Of a DNA stretch of 64,000 nucleotides, positions 12,276 through 25,699 are shown one piece after another (position 1 is the stretch's first letter; each line of letters begins with the position of its first letter). Under the pieces are notes generated by a model. The model was not told where the DNA came from. It worked only from the letters and a program-made list of their open reading frames with translations, and ran no database searches. Source of the DNA: Laetmonice hystrix (taxonomy: Eukaryota); assembly GCA_965235115.1 (NCBI GenBank), contig OZ249436.1:1428001-1492000 (forward strand), read 5' to 3'. Made by a program: the position numbers and the translations under genes.

Positions 12276-15200
12276 TCAGGACCTATATTCATTGTTCAAA
12301 CTGCGCCCAATGAGCCAGCGTCGAATCTCACTAGTTCCGGCACCAATCTCGTAGAGTTTGGCGTCTCGTAGCAGACGACCCGTCGGGTAATCATTGATGT
12401 AGCCATTACCACCTGAATCATAGCGAGAAAATAGGGTTAAAATAAACGTCATTAAGACTTTATGTTGCTTTTGACGTTAGAATTTTATCCCACTTTGGTG
12501 GGGGATGGGGAGGGTGTACACCTGCCCTCTGACAGGAAGGCAAGACTTGCGCACCGAACTATTATTATCCAGCTGTTTAATAATAGTTTGCGGGTCGGCA
12601 AGTGTTGCCTGTGCTTTGTGTCCGCACGCGATAGGTGTACATGTATATCGATTCCAAACTTGGTTCATGACTACGCCACCAGGTGGCAGCAGCAGCAACA
12701 TGCCACTCACCCAGAATCTGAATGGCATCCAGTGCCATCTTTGTAGCAGCCTCGGCACTCATCAGGATAGCGCCAGCACAATCCTGCTCCAACATCAAAT
12801 TAGATCATCAGCGTTATACGGTTCACTTTAGGTTCAGTTTAGTTTTCATGGGGTTGCCTGAATTATAGCGAGAAAATATGGTTAAAATAACTAAATTAAT
12901 ACTACCAAATACAGAGTACTTTCAAGATATACACAGGCAGTATAATACAGATATCTTTTCTAAATATGAACTTACCGCTATCCCTGTGCATCACTATGAG
13001 CACTTATCTTTAGACTTTGCTTCGGGTTATTTTTTTTTTTCTTTTCAATTATCTGTTGTAATCACAAGCGACTTCCGTCCTTTAATACGGGCTGTAATAA
13101 TGATTCCGCCCGCCAGATGGCAGCACTGACCTTGGAAACAATGAGCCCTCTGTCGAGAGACCGTGCTACATTGTACACGTACGAACGGCTGTAGGACAGG
13201 GTGGTGTACATGTCGGCCATTTTACCTTGTAACAGCTGGGAGCAAAGAAACAAGGTCATAAACTTACTGTACGGCATTCATCATGGTATCAACAACATTG
13301 AATCATCACAGAGTGGTAATATCTAAAAATGAACAGGTAGCAAATAAAACGATTTGCAATGGAATTTTTGGAAGACTTTAGACATATTAGGGGAAGCCAT
13401 ATGGTGCACATAAATATGAGGAGTGTACGAAACAAGTACGACCAAATGCGTGCAGAATTTATTGACAAAAACATAGATGTTATAACAATGTCTGAAACTT
13501 GGCTTGACAACAGAGATCAGAACGATAGTTTTTCTCTGCCAGGTTATCACTTGATAAGACATGATAGAAGGTGGGGGTTTTCTAAAAATGGTGTTCCCAA
13601 AAAAGGAGGAGGACTTGGCGTATATATTCGAAATCATATACCTTTTTCGACAGAAAATTTTGAACACTTGAACCTTTCTATGGAAGACATCGAGCTTCAA
13701 TGTATAGTTTTAATGCCTCCGAAAAACAAAAAAGTTGTAATTTTAAATATGTATAGACCGCCGTCGGGCAACGTCGCAAGTTTCTGCGAAAAACTATACA
13801 ATACCTTAGATGCTATTGAAAATAAACATAAGTTGGAAATATTCTTATTCGGAGATATGAATATAAATATATTGAATAAAGATGGTGAGAGTACTAAGAA
13901 GCTGTTTGAAGTCACAGGGGAATATGGTCTAAAGGCATGGATAGACTTACCAACAAGATATAGCAATAATAACGCATGTTTAGACCTGAGTTTTAGTAAC
14001 GCAAATGATATTGACAAAGCAGGAGTATTAACGTTGAACATCAGTGATCATGAAATGGTATACATTACGAGACGCAAGTCTAATGGGAAAGGTAAAAAGG
14101 TTGTTTTTCATGGTAGAACATATAGGAACTATGATCAGGATAGGCTAACATCTGAACTTTTGGAACATGATTGGAACAATTATTATAATTGCTCAGACCC
14201 CGAAATGTTATGGGACGAGGTAGAAAATGCAATTTTATCTATACTAGATAAAATGTGTCCTATTAAGGAGTACAAAGTTAAGGAGATTAAAGAACCATGG
14301 ATATCAAATGAAATATTAGAAATTATTAAGGATAAAGATCATCTCTTATTAAAAGCAAAAAGAACTGAGAAAAATGAAGACATTTCTGTAGCCAGAAGAG
14401 CAAGGAACGAAACTACTAAATTGCTTAGAAAGGCCAGGCAGGAATATATTATGGAGTTGATCGATCATAATAGGACCAAAAGAAATTCTGGAACGAGGTA
14501 AACAAAATTATGCCTGGAAAAATGAAAAGCAAAACGGATATCACATTAATTGATCAAGAATCAGGTATCCAGATTAGATCTAGTGAGATATCGAATTATG
14601 TGAACCATTATTTTGCTGGTATTGGTCCGAAACTGGCACAAAAAATGAATAAGGAGTGGAAATTTGATGGTAAAATTTGCAGTGATAAGGTGCTTAATCT
14701 TTAAACAAACAAAGATGAAATAATGAAATTGTGCAATGAAATTAACTTAACTAAATCATCAGCTATAGATAATATATCAACTAGGATGTTAAAGGATTCT
14801 TTTCTCGTGATATCCGAACAGGTGGCTCACTTATTTAACAAGTCGATAGACACAGGAGTCGTTCCAAGCAAATGGAAGTTAGGCACTGTGGTGCCCATCC
14901 CGAAAGGTGGCGATAAACATAATGTTGCGAATTTAAGGCCAGTATCTCTGTTGCCTTTACCGGGAAAGCTCTTAGAGAGAGTTGTATATAATAAAATTTA
15001 TGAACATTTAGAGACTAATCAGATATTAAGTACTTTACAAGGCGGTTATAGGAAGGGTCATTCAACAATACAAACGATAGCAGATTTTACTGATGATATG
15101 TTAAGGGAAAGAAATGTTGGGAAATTCACTGCAGCTATTTTTATCGACCTAAAAAAAGCGTTTGATACCGTAGATCACATCATCTTATTGCATAAATTAG

Positions 15201-16228
15201 AAAAATATGGTATATGTGGAAAAATATTAAGTTGGGTCAAAAACTATCTAAGTGGGAGACAGCAAAGAACACTGGCAAATGAAATAATGTCAACAGTAAG
15301 TGATGTAACGTGCGGGGTTCCACAAGGTTCTATTTTGGGACCTTTGTTGTTTTTGATCTATTTTAATGATGTAGAAAGTGTCTGTTCAAATTCCAAAATT
15401 AGATTATATGCAGATGACACAGTGTTGTATAGCTCTGGTACTAGCATTGAAGTTGTGGAGGAAAACGTACAGAAGGATTTAGATAAATTTTCTGAATGGT
15501 GCCTGAGAAATAAGCTAACCGTTAATATTGCAAAAACCAAGTATATGCTATTCAGCCCACAAAAGAAAAGAATGAGCGATACGACACTGATGTTACAGGG
15601 TGAGAGGTTACATAGAGTCCATAGTTATAAGTATCTAGGTGTTACGCTTGACCCACTGGTTAATTTTGAACTATTTGTAAAGAATCAGTTACAAACCATT
15701 TCATTTAGAACGTATCAGTTAAACAAGTTAGCATGTTATATGCCAGTAGATGCATTGGTGAAACTGTATAAGTCTTATATTTTACCCATTATAGACTATG
15801 GTGACGTGTTGTATGCTAATGTCAGCGTGGCACTACTTAACAAACTTCAAAGGTGTCAAAATCGGTGTTTAAAAATATGCTTAAAGGTAAATAATCGCAC
15901 CTCAACAGACTACATACATGCAGTAACGAAAACTCCTTTTTTAAGTCAACGTAGACTAATGCACCAGAAAGTATTCACTTATAAGAGATCACGGATAGAC
16001 GGATACATAGACTCGCAGCATAATAGGACAAGAAATCGTAACGGGCCAATCCTTAAGGTTTTCATGGCTAACACAACTTCCTATCAAAATAGTGTCGAGT
16101 ATTCAGTTGGAATATTATGGAACAATTTGTCGTCAGAAGTAAGACTTGTGCCTTCCCTAGACAATTTTAAGAAAACAATGAAGAATGAACTTTTTGACAC
16201 TATACCATTACTGTGAAACGATTGAAAC

Positions 16229-16261
<33 letters not shown>

Positions 16262-19200
16262 CTTCTTTGGTAAGTTTATTGTTTAGTTTGTTAGTCAGGA
16301 AAAAAAGCGGGTAGTTAATATGAAATAACTTTGTGTGTGATGGTTGCTGCCGAAAACCAGCGATGAGCTGAAAAGCGACCATTTATTACGGCAAGAATAT
16401 ACGTTTGAATCATGTATTAAATTATTATATAATGTTGTAAGTGCTGTAACCATGCTGTAATAAAGAAATCTGGACTAAAAAAAAAAAAAACTCGCATTGT
16501 TTGGCTGCAGGTACATTGATTCACCACAAAACTCGCATTGTTTGGCTGCAGGTACATTGATTCACCACAAAACTCGCATTGTTTGGCTGCAGGTACATTG
16601 ATTCACCACAAAACTCGCATTGTTTGGCTGCAGGTACATTGATTCACCACAAAACTCGCATTGTTTGGCTGCAGGTACATTGATTCTCGGAGTAAACACT
16701 TCAGATTAAAGTCATTTACATTCACACGTATTTGTACTGACATTTCACTGACAATGTTTTATATTCCAAGCTATTCCTCCACAAATTTATATGTTGTTAC
16801 CTGGACACTAAATACTGCATAATGCACTACACGGAATATCTTACCTGAAATTCTCCTATGTGCTGTCCAAAGGCTTTCCTAGTGTGAGCATATTCAAAGG
16901 CCACATCACATGCTGCCTGCATCAGCCTACAAGGCGTTTATATGGGACAAAAAATACCACAGAAAATAACTATATTGTAATTTTTAAATTCTCAAAAACA
17001 TCTATGTCAATCTTATTTAGTCCAAATTTACTGGACTGAATTATCGGCATTATAGGAAATGTTAAAATCTGCTGAAACGTAACCAGACAAACTGAAACAT
17101 TGATGCTCATCTTGTACTCTGCACATCAAATGAATATCTTTCTGCAAATATCTAACGTTAGTGTTATTTCCTTATCCTTAAACACTGACTTTAAAATCTC
17201 TTCACTAAATAATAGTAGGACAGTAAGATGGAAGTCATCCCTTCTCTATGTCACCCACCACACACGAGTGTTCAAGCCATGAAACATGCACTGTAATTGC
17301 ATCATTTAATATTCTGGACTAAATCATGCTGACAAATTTTCAAATGGGCAATGCCTTTGGCATTCTTACCCCAGAGGGCCTCCCGAGAGAACAAGGCGTT
17401 CTATATCTAAACCACTGAACAGTACGTAGATACCGCTGTTTACTTGTCCCATCACCTGGTCCCCTGAAACAGACCCAAACACTGCGGTCAATGTCCTCAA
17501 ACAACTAAACCACTGAACAGTACGTAGATACCGCTGTTTACTTGTCCCATCACCTGGTCCCCTGAAACAGACCCAAACACTGCGGTCAATGTCCTCAAAC
17601 AACTAAACCACTGAACAGTACGTAGATACCGCTGTTTACTTGTCCCATCACCTGGTCCCCTGAAACAGACCCAAACACTGCAGTCAATGTCCTGAAACAA
17701 CTAAACCACTGAACAGTACGTAGATACCGCTGTTTACTTGTCCCATCACCTGGTCCCCTGAAACAGACCCAAACACTGCGGTCAATGTCCTCAAACAACT
17801 AAACCACAGTACGTAGATACCGCTGTTTACTTGTCCCATCACCTGGTCCCCTGAAACAGACCCAAACACTCTGGTCAATGTCCTCAAACAACTAAACCAC
17901 TGAACAGTACGTAGATACCGCTGTTTACTTGTCCCATCACCTGGTCCCCTGAAACAGACCCAAACACTGCGGTCAATGTCCTCAAACAACTAAACCACTG
18001 AACAGTACGTAGATACCGCTGTTTACTTGTCCCATCACCTGGTCCCCTGAAACAAACCCAAACACTCTGGTCAATGTCCTCAAACAACTAAACCACTGAA
18101 CAGTACGTAGATACCGCTGTTTACTTGTCCCATCACCTGGTCCCCTGAAACAGACCCAAACACTGCGGTTAATGTCCTCAAACAACTAAACCACTGAACA
18201 GTACGTAGATACCGCTGTTTACTTGTCCCATCACCTGGTCCCCTGAAACAAACCCAAACACTCTGGTCAATGTCCTCAAACAACTAAACCACTGAACAGT
18301 ACGTAGATACCGCTGTTTACTTGTCCCATCACCTGGTCCCCTAAAACAGACCCAAACACTCTGGTCAATGTCCTCAAACAACTAAACCACAGTACGTAGA
18401 TACCGCTGTTTACTTGTCCCATCACCTGGTCCCCTGAAACAGACCCAAACACTGCAGTCAATGTCCTCAAACAACTAAACCACTGAACAGTACGTAGATA
18501 CCGCTGTTTACTTGTCCCATCACCTGGTCCCCTGAAACAGACCCAAACACTGCGGTCAATGTCCTCAAACAACTAAACCACTGAACAGTACGTAGATACC
18601 GCTGTTTACTTGTCCCATCACCTGGTCCCCTGAAACAGACCCAAACACTCCAGTCAATGTCCTCAAACAACTAAACCACTGAACAGTACGTAGATACCGC
18701 TGTTTACTTGTCCCATCACCTGGTCCCCTGAAACAGACCCAAACACTGCGGTCAATGTCCTCAAACAACTAAACCACTGAACAGTACGTAGATACCGCTG
18801 TTTACTTGTCCCATCACCTGGTCCCCTGAAACAGACCCAAACACTGCGGTCAATGTCCTCAAACAACTAAACCACTGAACAGTACGTAGATACCGCTGTT
18901 TACTTGTCCCATCACCTGGTCCCCTGAAACAGACCCAAACACTCTGGTCAATGTCCTCAAACAACTAAACCACTGAACAGTACGTAGATACCGCTGTTTA
19001 CTTGTCCCATCACCTGGTCCCCTGAAACAGACCCAAACACTGCGGTCAATGTCCTGAAACAACTAAACCACTGAACAGTACGTAGATACCACTGTTTACT
19101 TGTCCCATCACCTGGTCCCCTGAAACAGACCCAAACACTGCAGTCAATGTCCTCAAACAACTAAACCACTGAACAGTACGTAGATACCGCTGTTTACTTG

Positions 19201-22200
19201 TCCCATCACCTGGTCCCCTGAAACAGACCCAAACACTGCGGTCAATGTCCTCAAACAACTAAACCACTGAACAGTATGTAGATACCGCTGTTTACTTGTC
19301 CCATCACCTGGTCCCCTGAAACAGACCCAAACACTCCAGTCAATGTCCTCAAACAACTAAACCACTGAACAGTACGTAGATACCGCTGTTTACTTGTCCC
19401 ATCACCTGGTCCCCTGAAACAGACCCAAACACTGCAGTCAATGTCCTCAAACAACTACAGATCTACAATAGATACACACTTCCATTTCCAGTGCTGATTT
19501 ATGGAAAGTATCAAGGAATGAAAAACATTTGACAGGACATTAAAAAATAAAGAGGTGTTCTGTGGCGATGAACCTAATAATCTGCCCTTCCGATATGGGA
19601 ACTGTGTGTGAGTGATTCCTGAAATACTGCCAGATTACAGCTTGACTTATTTTATTTCTATTATATTTTTGTATTATTTCAGATAAGAAAGATGTGGCAT
19701 TCCAGTGTTATTAAGACGCTTGGTAGAGAAATGGGGATTAACGCCGTGAGGCTGGTATTATATAATTGGTTGTTTCTGACTTAGCAGAACTCTCTGTGAG
19801 TTGAGGTGACACAGAAATGGATATCCCGACTTTAATAAGCTCACCCTATACAGCCAGCAGACCCTAGGCCTCTTTCTATGTCTAGACCTCCAAACAGAAT
19901 ATAGATGCCCTGGTTTTGCTGACCGAGCACATTTTCCTCTGCCACCAAATAAAAACACTTTTAAAACAAGTCACCAAATGAAAACACTTTTAAAACAAGT
20001 CACCAAATGAAAACACTTTTAAAACAAGTCACCAAATCCACTGATTATAAACCTGAAAGTAGTCAGATAACAAGAGGGGTCACACTACAACTTTGGACGT
20101 CTTTGTTTACATGTGTGTCTTTACGATATTAAAGTACATGTATTAAAGTCTCTAAGGTCCAAAACATCCCGACGTTTCCTAAATCCTAGAACTTCTGAAC
20201 ACATTTATGGCCAATTTGCGGCGAAACATGACCCGAGGGCCTAGTTGTGTTTACAAACTGGTTGGACTGTCATGACCTCAAGACTGAGAATGTATATTTT
20301 CACACAGGTATTCCACTCTGATGAACTTCATGAAGACTGCCAGGGTGGTAGTAGTGACACAGAGAAAAGATTTCACTTGACCCGCTTGGACAGCCTCTGC
20401 TCACCCAATACATCCAAACGCAACCAACACTCGCTCTATGTCAAGACCACTAAACAAAACATAGATGCCCTTCTTTCTCTGACCCAGCGTATTTTCCGCT
20501 GTCACAAAATAATGGAAGTTCAAATAAAATAACGGATTGAAGAAGTATGTCTAATACCAAGGCGTACAAAAGCAGTCATATAAAAGGAATTGGAGAGCCC
20601 TAAAACCAGAGTTATGTGTGTGTGTGTGGTGGTGGTGGTGGTGGTGGTGGTGGTGGTGGTGGTGGGGGGGTGTTTAACCAGATAATATGTACTGGTACAT
20701 GTAAATATTTTGTATGCATCATGAGTGCTAAATTCCACCATTAAAACTGAGGATCTTCAAGATCTTAACATTTAATTCTAATTACTAAACTGGAAAATGT
20801 TCTAAGTCTATTCTTGGATCAAGTCATTGATCACCTTCATAAAACAACACCAACACAAAACAGATTACTGAGGTTTCTTTAAAAAAAAAATAACAATAAC
20901 TGCAAGTATACCACATTAAATAAGTTGGCTTGTTAGTCCAGATAATAAATGATATAACAATTGTAACATGCTTACCTGGTACTTTGACATTATCAAAGAC
21001 AAGTTCACAGGTGTTTGAACCTCGCATGCCAAGTTTATCAAGTTTTGGACTTGTGCTGAACCCCTCCATGCCCTGCAAATAATAACATTTACAGTACTGT
21101 GTACATGTACATGTACAATACCTTTAAATGACATTCTTCACTTAAGGTTTCCGATACATATTTAACATTGCAAATGTGGCCAGCACCACTAATCCAAAAA
21201 AAGATATGTACCTTTTCAACGAGAAAAGCTGTGACTCCATGTTGTGGTTTTTCAGGAATGTTATCCGTCTTTGCATAGACAACAAGCACATCAGCATCAG
21301 GTCCATTGGTGATCCAAAACTTTGTACCATTCAGTATATAATGGTCCCCTAAAATAGAAGATCCAAAACTTTGTACCATTCAGTATATAGTGGTCCCCTA
21401 AAATAGAAGATCCAAAACTTTGTACCATTCAGTATATAGTGGTCCCCTAAAATAGAAGATCCAAAACTTTGTACCATTCAGTATAATAGTGGTCCCCTAA
21501 AATAGATGATCCAAAACTTTGTACCATTCAGTATATATAGTGGTCCCCTAAAATAGAAGATCCAAAACTTTATACCATTCAGTATATATAGTGGTCCCCT
21601 AAAAGAGAAGATCCAAAACTTTGTACCATTCAGTATATATAGTGGTCCCCTAAAATAGAAGATCCAAAACTTTGTACCATTCAGTATATAATGGTCCCCT
21701 AAAATAGATACCATACACATCACCATTAACATACACTGACCATTCTAATACCTTATACTCACTCTCTTACTATTATAACACTTCCAGGGATAAAACCATA
21801 AATAATGTGTCGCTATCCATGTTAAAGTTACTTTTCCTTCTAGAGTTTAGCTCTCCTACCTTTATGTTGAGCTGAGCATTTCATGGAGACGACATCAGAT
21901 CCAGCATTGGCTTCACTCATGGCCAACGCCCCCATGTATTCACCACTGATGAGCTAAATACACCACGGATAAACATTGTCATAACATTGTTTCTTTATCC
22001 ACATTACCAGCTCCTAAAAACCTACCATTGCCATGAAGGGATTCTTTTTGTTAATAATTTCTATTAATATTCCAGATAAACTCCTAAACCAATAAAGGAA
22101 GTGCAACTCTTATTGAGAATAAAAAAAACAGGATAGTAACCTTGGGAAGGTACTTGTCTTTTTGTTGCTGCGTTCCATTGCGAACAATTTGATTGATACA

Positions 22201-25200
22201 TAAGTTAGAGTGTGCGCCGTAACTGAGAGCTATCCCTCCTGCTGCCCGTGACATCTCTTCCATGACGATCAAATGGTCCATGTAGGAGCCTGCTACACCT
22301 CCATACTCCTCTACAAACACAAACATACTTGCACAACATTTTGATTGCCTTTCTTCATTTACAAGGCACAAAATAATCCAGAAATATCGTCTATACATAC
22401 CTGGTGCCATAACAATATCGTCTATACATACCTGGTGCCGTAATCCCATGTAAACCAAGCTCACCACATTTCTTCCAAAAGTCCTGTACGGAAATGAAGT
22501 GGTTCAACATAATAAACCTAATTTACACCAACTATTCAAGATTAGGATGCCAGACCCTCCGAATGACTGGCTCATGTATAATGTAGATCTATGAGTTGAA
22601 TTTCATTCCTAAAAGGAAAAGTTACGGTACTTAGTTAGTGCCATATGGTGAGATAGGGTAGAGGCTTACTGGTACATGTATATATAAAAACTAAAATAAA
22701 TTATACTGCAATGCGGGTGTGTTACATATTACAGAATTATATTCACCCTTAGACCATGAAAAGTGTTTTCCTTGTCAATTTCAGCTGCATGTGGTGCCAA
22801 TTCCTTCTGAGTGAACTGGAAAACTGTCTGTCGCAACTAAAAGGACAATTCAGAGTATTGATAAATATAACATAGGATAGGTCATAGGGGTGCACAGGAC
22901 TATAAAGTTATGTTGCCAACGATACAACTAGATTACATACAATAGGTATAACATAGCCTAGTCATAGGATAGGGGTGGGACTATAAAGTTATGTTGCCAA
23001 CGATACAACTAGATTACATACAATAGGTATAACATAGCCTAGTCATAGCTAGGGATGGGACTATAAAGTTATGTTGCCAACGATACAACTAGATTACATA
23101 CAATAGGTATAACATAGCCTAGTCATAGCTAGGGATGGGACTATAAAGTCATGTTGCCAACGATACAACTAGATTACATACAATAGGTATAACATAGCCT
23201 AGTCATAGCTAGGGATGGGACTATAAAGTTATGTTGCCAACGATACAACTAGATTACATACAATAGGTATAACATAGCCTAGTCATAGCTAGGGATGGGA
23301 CTATAAAGTCATGTTGCCAACGATACAACTAGATTACATACAATAGGTATAACATAGCCTAGTCATAGCTAGGGATGGGACTATAAAGTCATGTTGCCAA
23401 CGATACAACTAGATTACATACAATAGGTATAACATAGCCTAGTCATAGGATAGGGATGGGACTATAAAGTCATGTTGCCAACGATACAACTAGATTACAT
23501 ACAATAGGTATAACATAGCCTAGTCATAGGATAGGGATGGGACTATAAAGTTATGTTGCCAACGATACAACTAGATTACATACAATAGGTATAACATAGC
23601 CTAGTCATAGATAGGGATGGGACTATAAAGTTATGTTGCCAACGATACAACTAGATTACATACAATAGGTATAACATAGCCTAGTCATAGCTAGGGATGG
23701 GACTATAAAGTTATGTTGCCAACAATACAACTAGATTACATACAATAGGTATAACATAGCCTAGTCATAGCTAGGGATGGGACTATAAAGTTATGTTGCC
23801 AACGATACAACTAGATTACATACAATAGGTATAACATAGCCTAGTCATAGCTAGGGATGGGACTATAAAGTTATGTTGCCAACGATACAACTAGATTACA
23901 TACAATAGGTATAACATAGCCTAGTCATAGCTAGGGATGGGACTATAAAGTTATGTTGCCGATACAACTAGATTACATACAATAGGTATAACATAGCCTA
24001 GTCATAGCATAGGGATGGGACTATAAAGTTATGTTGCCAACGATACAACTAGATTACATACAATAGGTATAACATAGCCTAGTCATAGCTAGGGATGGGA
24101 CTATAAAGTTATGTTGCCAACGATACAACTAGATTACATACAATAGGTATAACATAGCCTAGTCATAGCTAGGGATGGGACTATAAAGTTATGTTGCCAA
24201 CGATACAACTAGATTACATACAATAGGTATAACATAGCCTAGTCATAGGATAGGGATGGGACTATAAAGTTATGTTGCCAACGATACAACTAGATTACAT
24301 ACAATAGGTATAACATAGCCTAGTCATAGGATAGGGATGGGACTATAAAGTTATGTTGCCAACGATACAACTAGATTACATACAATAGGTATAACATAGC
24401 CTAGTCATAGGATAGGGATGGGACTATAAAGTTATGTTGCCAACGATACAACTAGATTACATACAATAGGTATAACATAGCCTAGTCATAGGATAGGGAT
24501 GGGACTATAAAGTTATGTTGCCAACGATACAACTAGATTACATACAATAGGTATAACATAGCCTAGTCATAGGATAGGGATGGGACTATAAAGTTATGTT
24601 GCCAACGATACAACTAGATTACATACAATAGGTATAACATAGCCTAGTCATAGCTAGGGATGGGACTATAAAGTTATGTTGCCAACAATACAACTAGATT
24701 ACATACAATAGGTATAACATAGCCTAGTCATAGCTAGGGATGGGACTATAAAGTTATGTTGCCAACGATACAACTAGATTACATACAATAGGTATAACAT
24801 AGCCTAGTCATAGCTAGGAATGGGACTATAAAGTTATGTTGCCAACGATACAACTAGATTACATACAATAGGTATAACATAGCCCAGTCATAGGATAGGG
24901 AGGGGACTATAAAGTTATGTTGCCAACGATACAACTAGATTACATACAATAGGTATTTAACATAGCCTAGTCATAGCTAGGGATGGGACTATAAAGTTAT
25001 GTTGCCAACGATACAACTAGATTACATACAATAAGTATAGGGCCTATAACAAATTAACAGTTATAGTTATAGGGGTGCGACTTAACGATACAACTATATA
25101 GATTACCCCAGTTACATACAATAAGCACATGCCTCCCCCCTTTAGCTCCCCTAATTAGATCTAGGCCTATATGCTCATAATTTTTAAATAATGTTGTCAT

Positions 25201-25699
25201 GTTTACAACACTGGTGCATCTTAGGACATATATCATGGACATGGGTGTGGATAATGATGAAGCAAAATGGTTGTAACTTATTATGACACTTTAGTTATGC
25301 AAACAATCATGAATTATTTTCCTTTAGTGAAATCCTGGCTTCCCCAGTGTAGGCTGTAGGCCTATCTATCAATCTGATACACATGATGATGTGCCTGTAG
25401 CCTGTAGGCCTACACTGCCTACATCTGTACACTCAGAATCCACTACCCCGAGTCTGTCATTCTCAAGACTCAACATCATTCATGAGCATGCTCATAATTC
25501 CTCAACTAAATATATTGATTTTATAGCAGGGTAACCACGTTACCTGTTTCTGATCGTCTGTGAGGCCAAAAAAGTCATCGTTGATTGGGTAGTAGCTACT
25601 GTGTCTGACAGATGTCTTGAGTTTGTGGCCAGTTCGAAGCTGAGCGGCCGAAGAGAAGATTTTCCGAGATACAGACCTCAACATCGTCGTCGCTGACAT
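12276..25699 (-). CDS. IVD: Isovaleryl-CoA dehydrogenase, mitochondrial; 12 coding exons, exon 8 present in three alternative copies
   Basis: Exons (minus strand, all GT-AG): e1 25544-25699, e2 22747-22836, e3 22432-22483, e4 22141-22310, e5 21860-21953, e6 21212-21348, e7 20976-21072, e8 (20405-20498, 19845-19938 or 17370-17463), e9 16845-16926, e10 13131-13235, e11 12711-12783, e12 12276-12412. Motifs: [105 protein letters not shown]. Phases join into one open frame, and the N-terminus is a basic presequence-like segment. Confidence 0.97.
13311..16490 (+). mobile_element. 5'-truncated CR1/L2-group LINE in IVD intron 9 (antisense to IVD), ORF2 frameshifted
   Basis: APE motifs (HINMRS, SETW, GDMN, SDH) in 13359-14501 and RT motifs (RPVSLL, DLKKAFD, GVPQG, YADD) in 14723-16216; frame breaks near 14490 and 14704; aataaa and A-tail at 16477-16490; 5' boundary approximate. 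Confidence 0.92.
16487..16686. repeat. 40-bp tandem repeat (5 units)
   Basis: Unit aaaactcgcattgtttggctgcaggtacattgattcaccac, directly after the LINE A-tail. Confidence 0.9.
17237..17255 (-). promoter_or_regulatory. Putative docker element for IVD exon-8 choice (intron between 8c and exon 9)
   Basis: Transcript sequence GGUGACAUAGAGAAGGGAU is complementary to elements just downstream of both exon 8a and exon 8b. Confidence 0.65.
17370..17463 (-). CDS. IVD: IVD alternative exon 8c (closest to canonical IVD)
   Basis: tttcag|GG...CTG GG|gtaag, 94 nt, encodes (G)[30 protein letters not shown](G). Confidence 0.93.
17408..19457. repeat. 98-bp minisatellite (about 21 units) built from the exon 8c acceptor region
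   Basis: Each unit is intron tail plus tttcag acceptor plus the first ~55 nt of exon 8c; two units have a 3-bp deletion. Confidence 0.96.
19805..19817 (-). promoter_or_regulatory. Putative selector element downstream of exon 8b
   Basis: Transcript UUUCUGUGUCACC forms 13 contiguous pairs (2 G-U) with docker 17243-17255. Confidence 0.55.
19845..19938 (-). CDS. IVD: IVD alternative exon 8b
   Basis: ggcag|AG...ATA GG|gtgag, 94 nt, open, encodes (E)[30 protein letters not shown](G). Confidence 0.85.
20354..20371 (-). promoter_or_regulatory. Putative selector element downstream of exon 8a
   Basis: Transcript AUCUUUUCUCUGUGUCAC forms 18 contiguous pairs (3 G-U) with docker 17237-17254. Confidence 0.65.
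20405..20498 (-). CDS. IVD: IVD alternative exon 8a
   Basis: gacag|CG...ATT GG|gtgag, 94 nt, open, encodes (A)[30 protein letters not shown](G). Confidence 0.85.
21310..21708. repeat. About 49-51-bp tandem repeat (8 units) spanning the IVD exon 6 acceptor
   Basis: Unit gatccaaaactttgtaccattcagtatata(a/g)tggtcccctaaaatagaa is the reverse complement of the acceptor plus [13 protein letters not shown]. Confidence 0.93.
22868..25035. repeat. About 80-bp minisatellite in IVD intron 1 (about 27 units)
   Basis: Unit ggactataaagttatgttgccaacgatacaactagattacatacaataggtataacatagcctagtcatagctagggatg. Confidence 0.96.

Noticed and set aside
17497..19454. About 20 ORFs of 67 aa ([17 protein letters not shown]...) as extra alternative exons or peptides
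   Set aside because: They are partial copies of exon 8c that lack the catalytic ER motif and the donor site
19845..20498. Exons 8a and 8b as parts of separate IVD paralogs or as an assembly duplication
   Set aside because: No other IVD exon is fully duplicated, and the copies are too diverged to be haplotype or assembly duplicates
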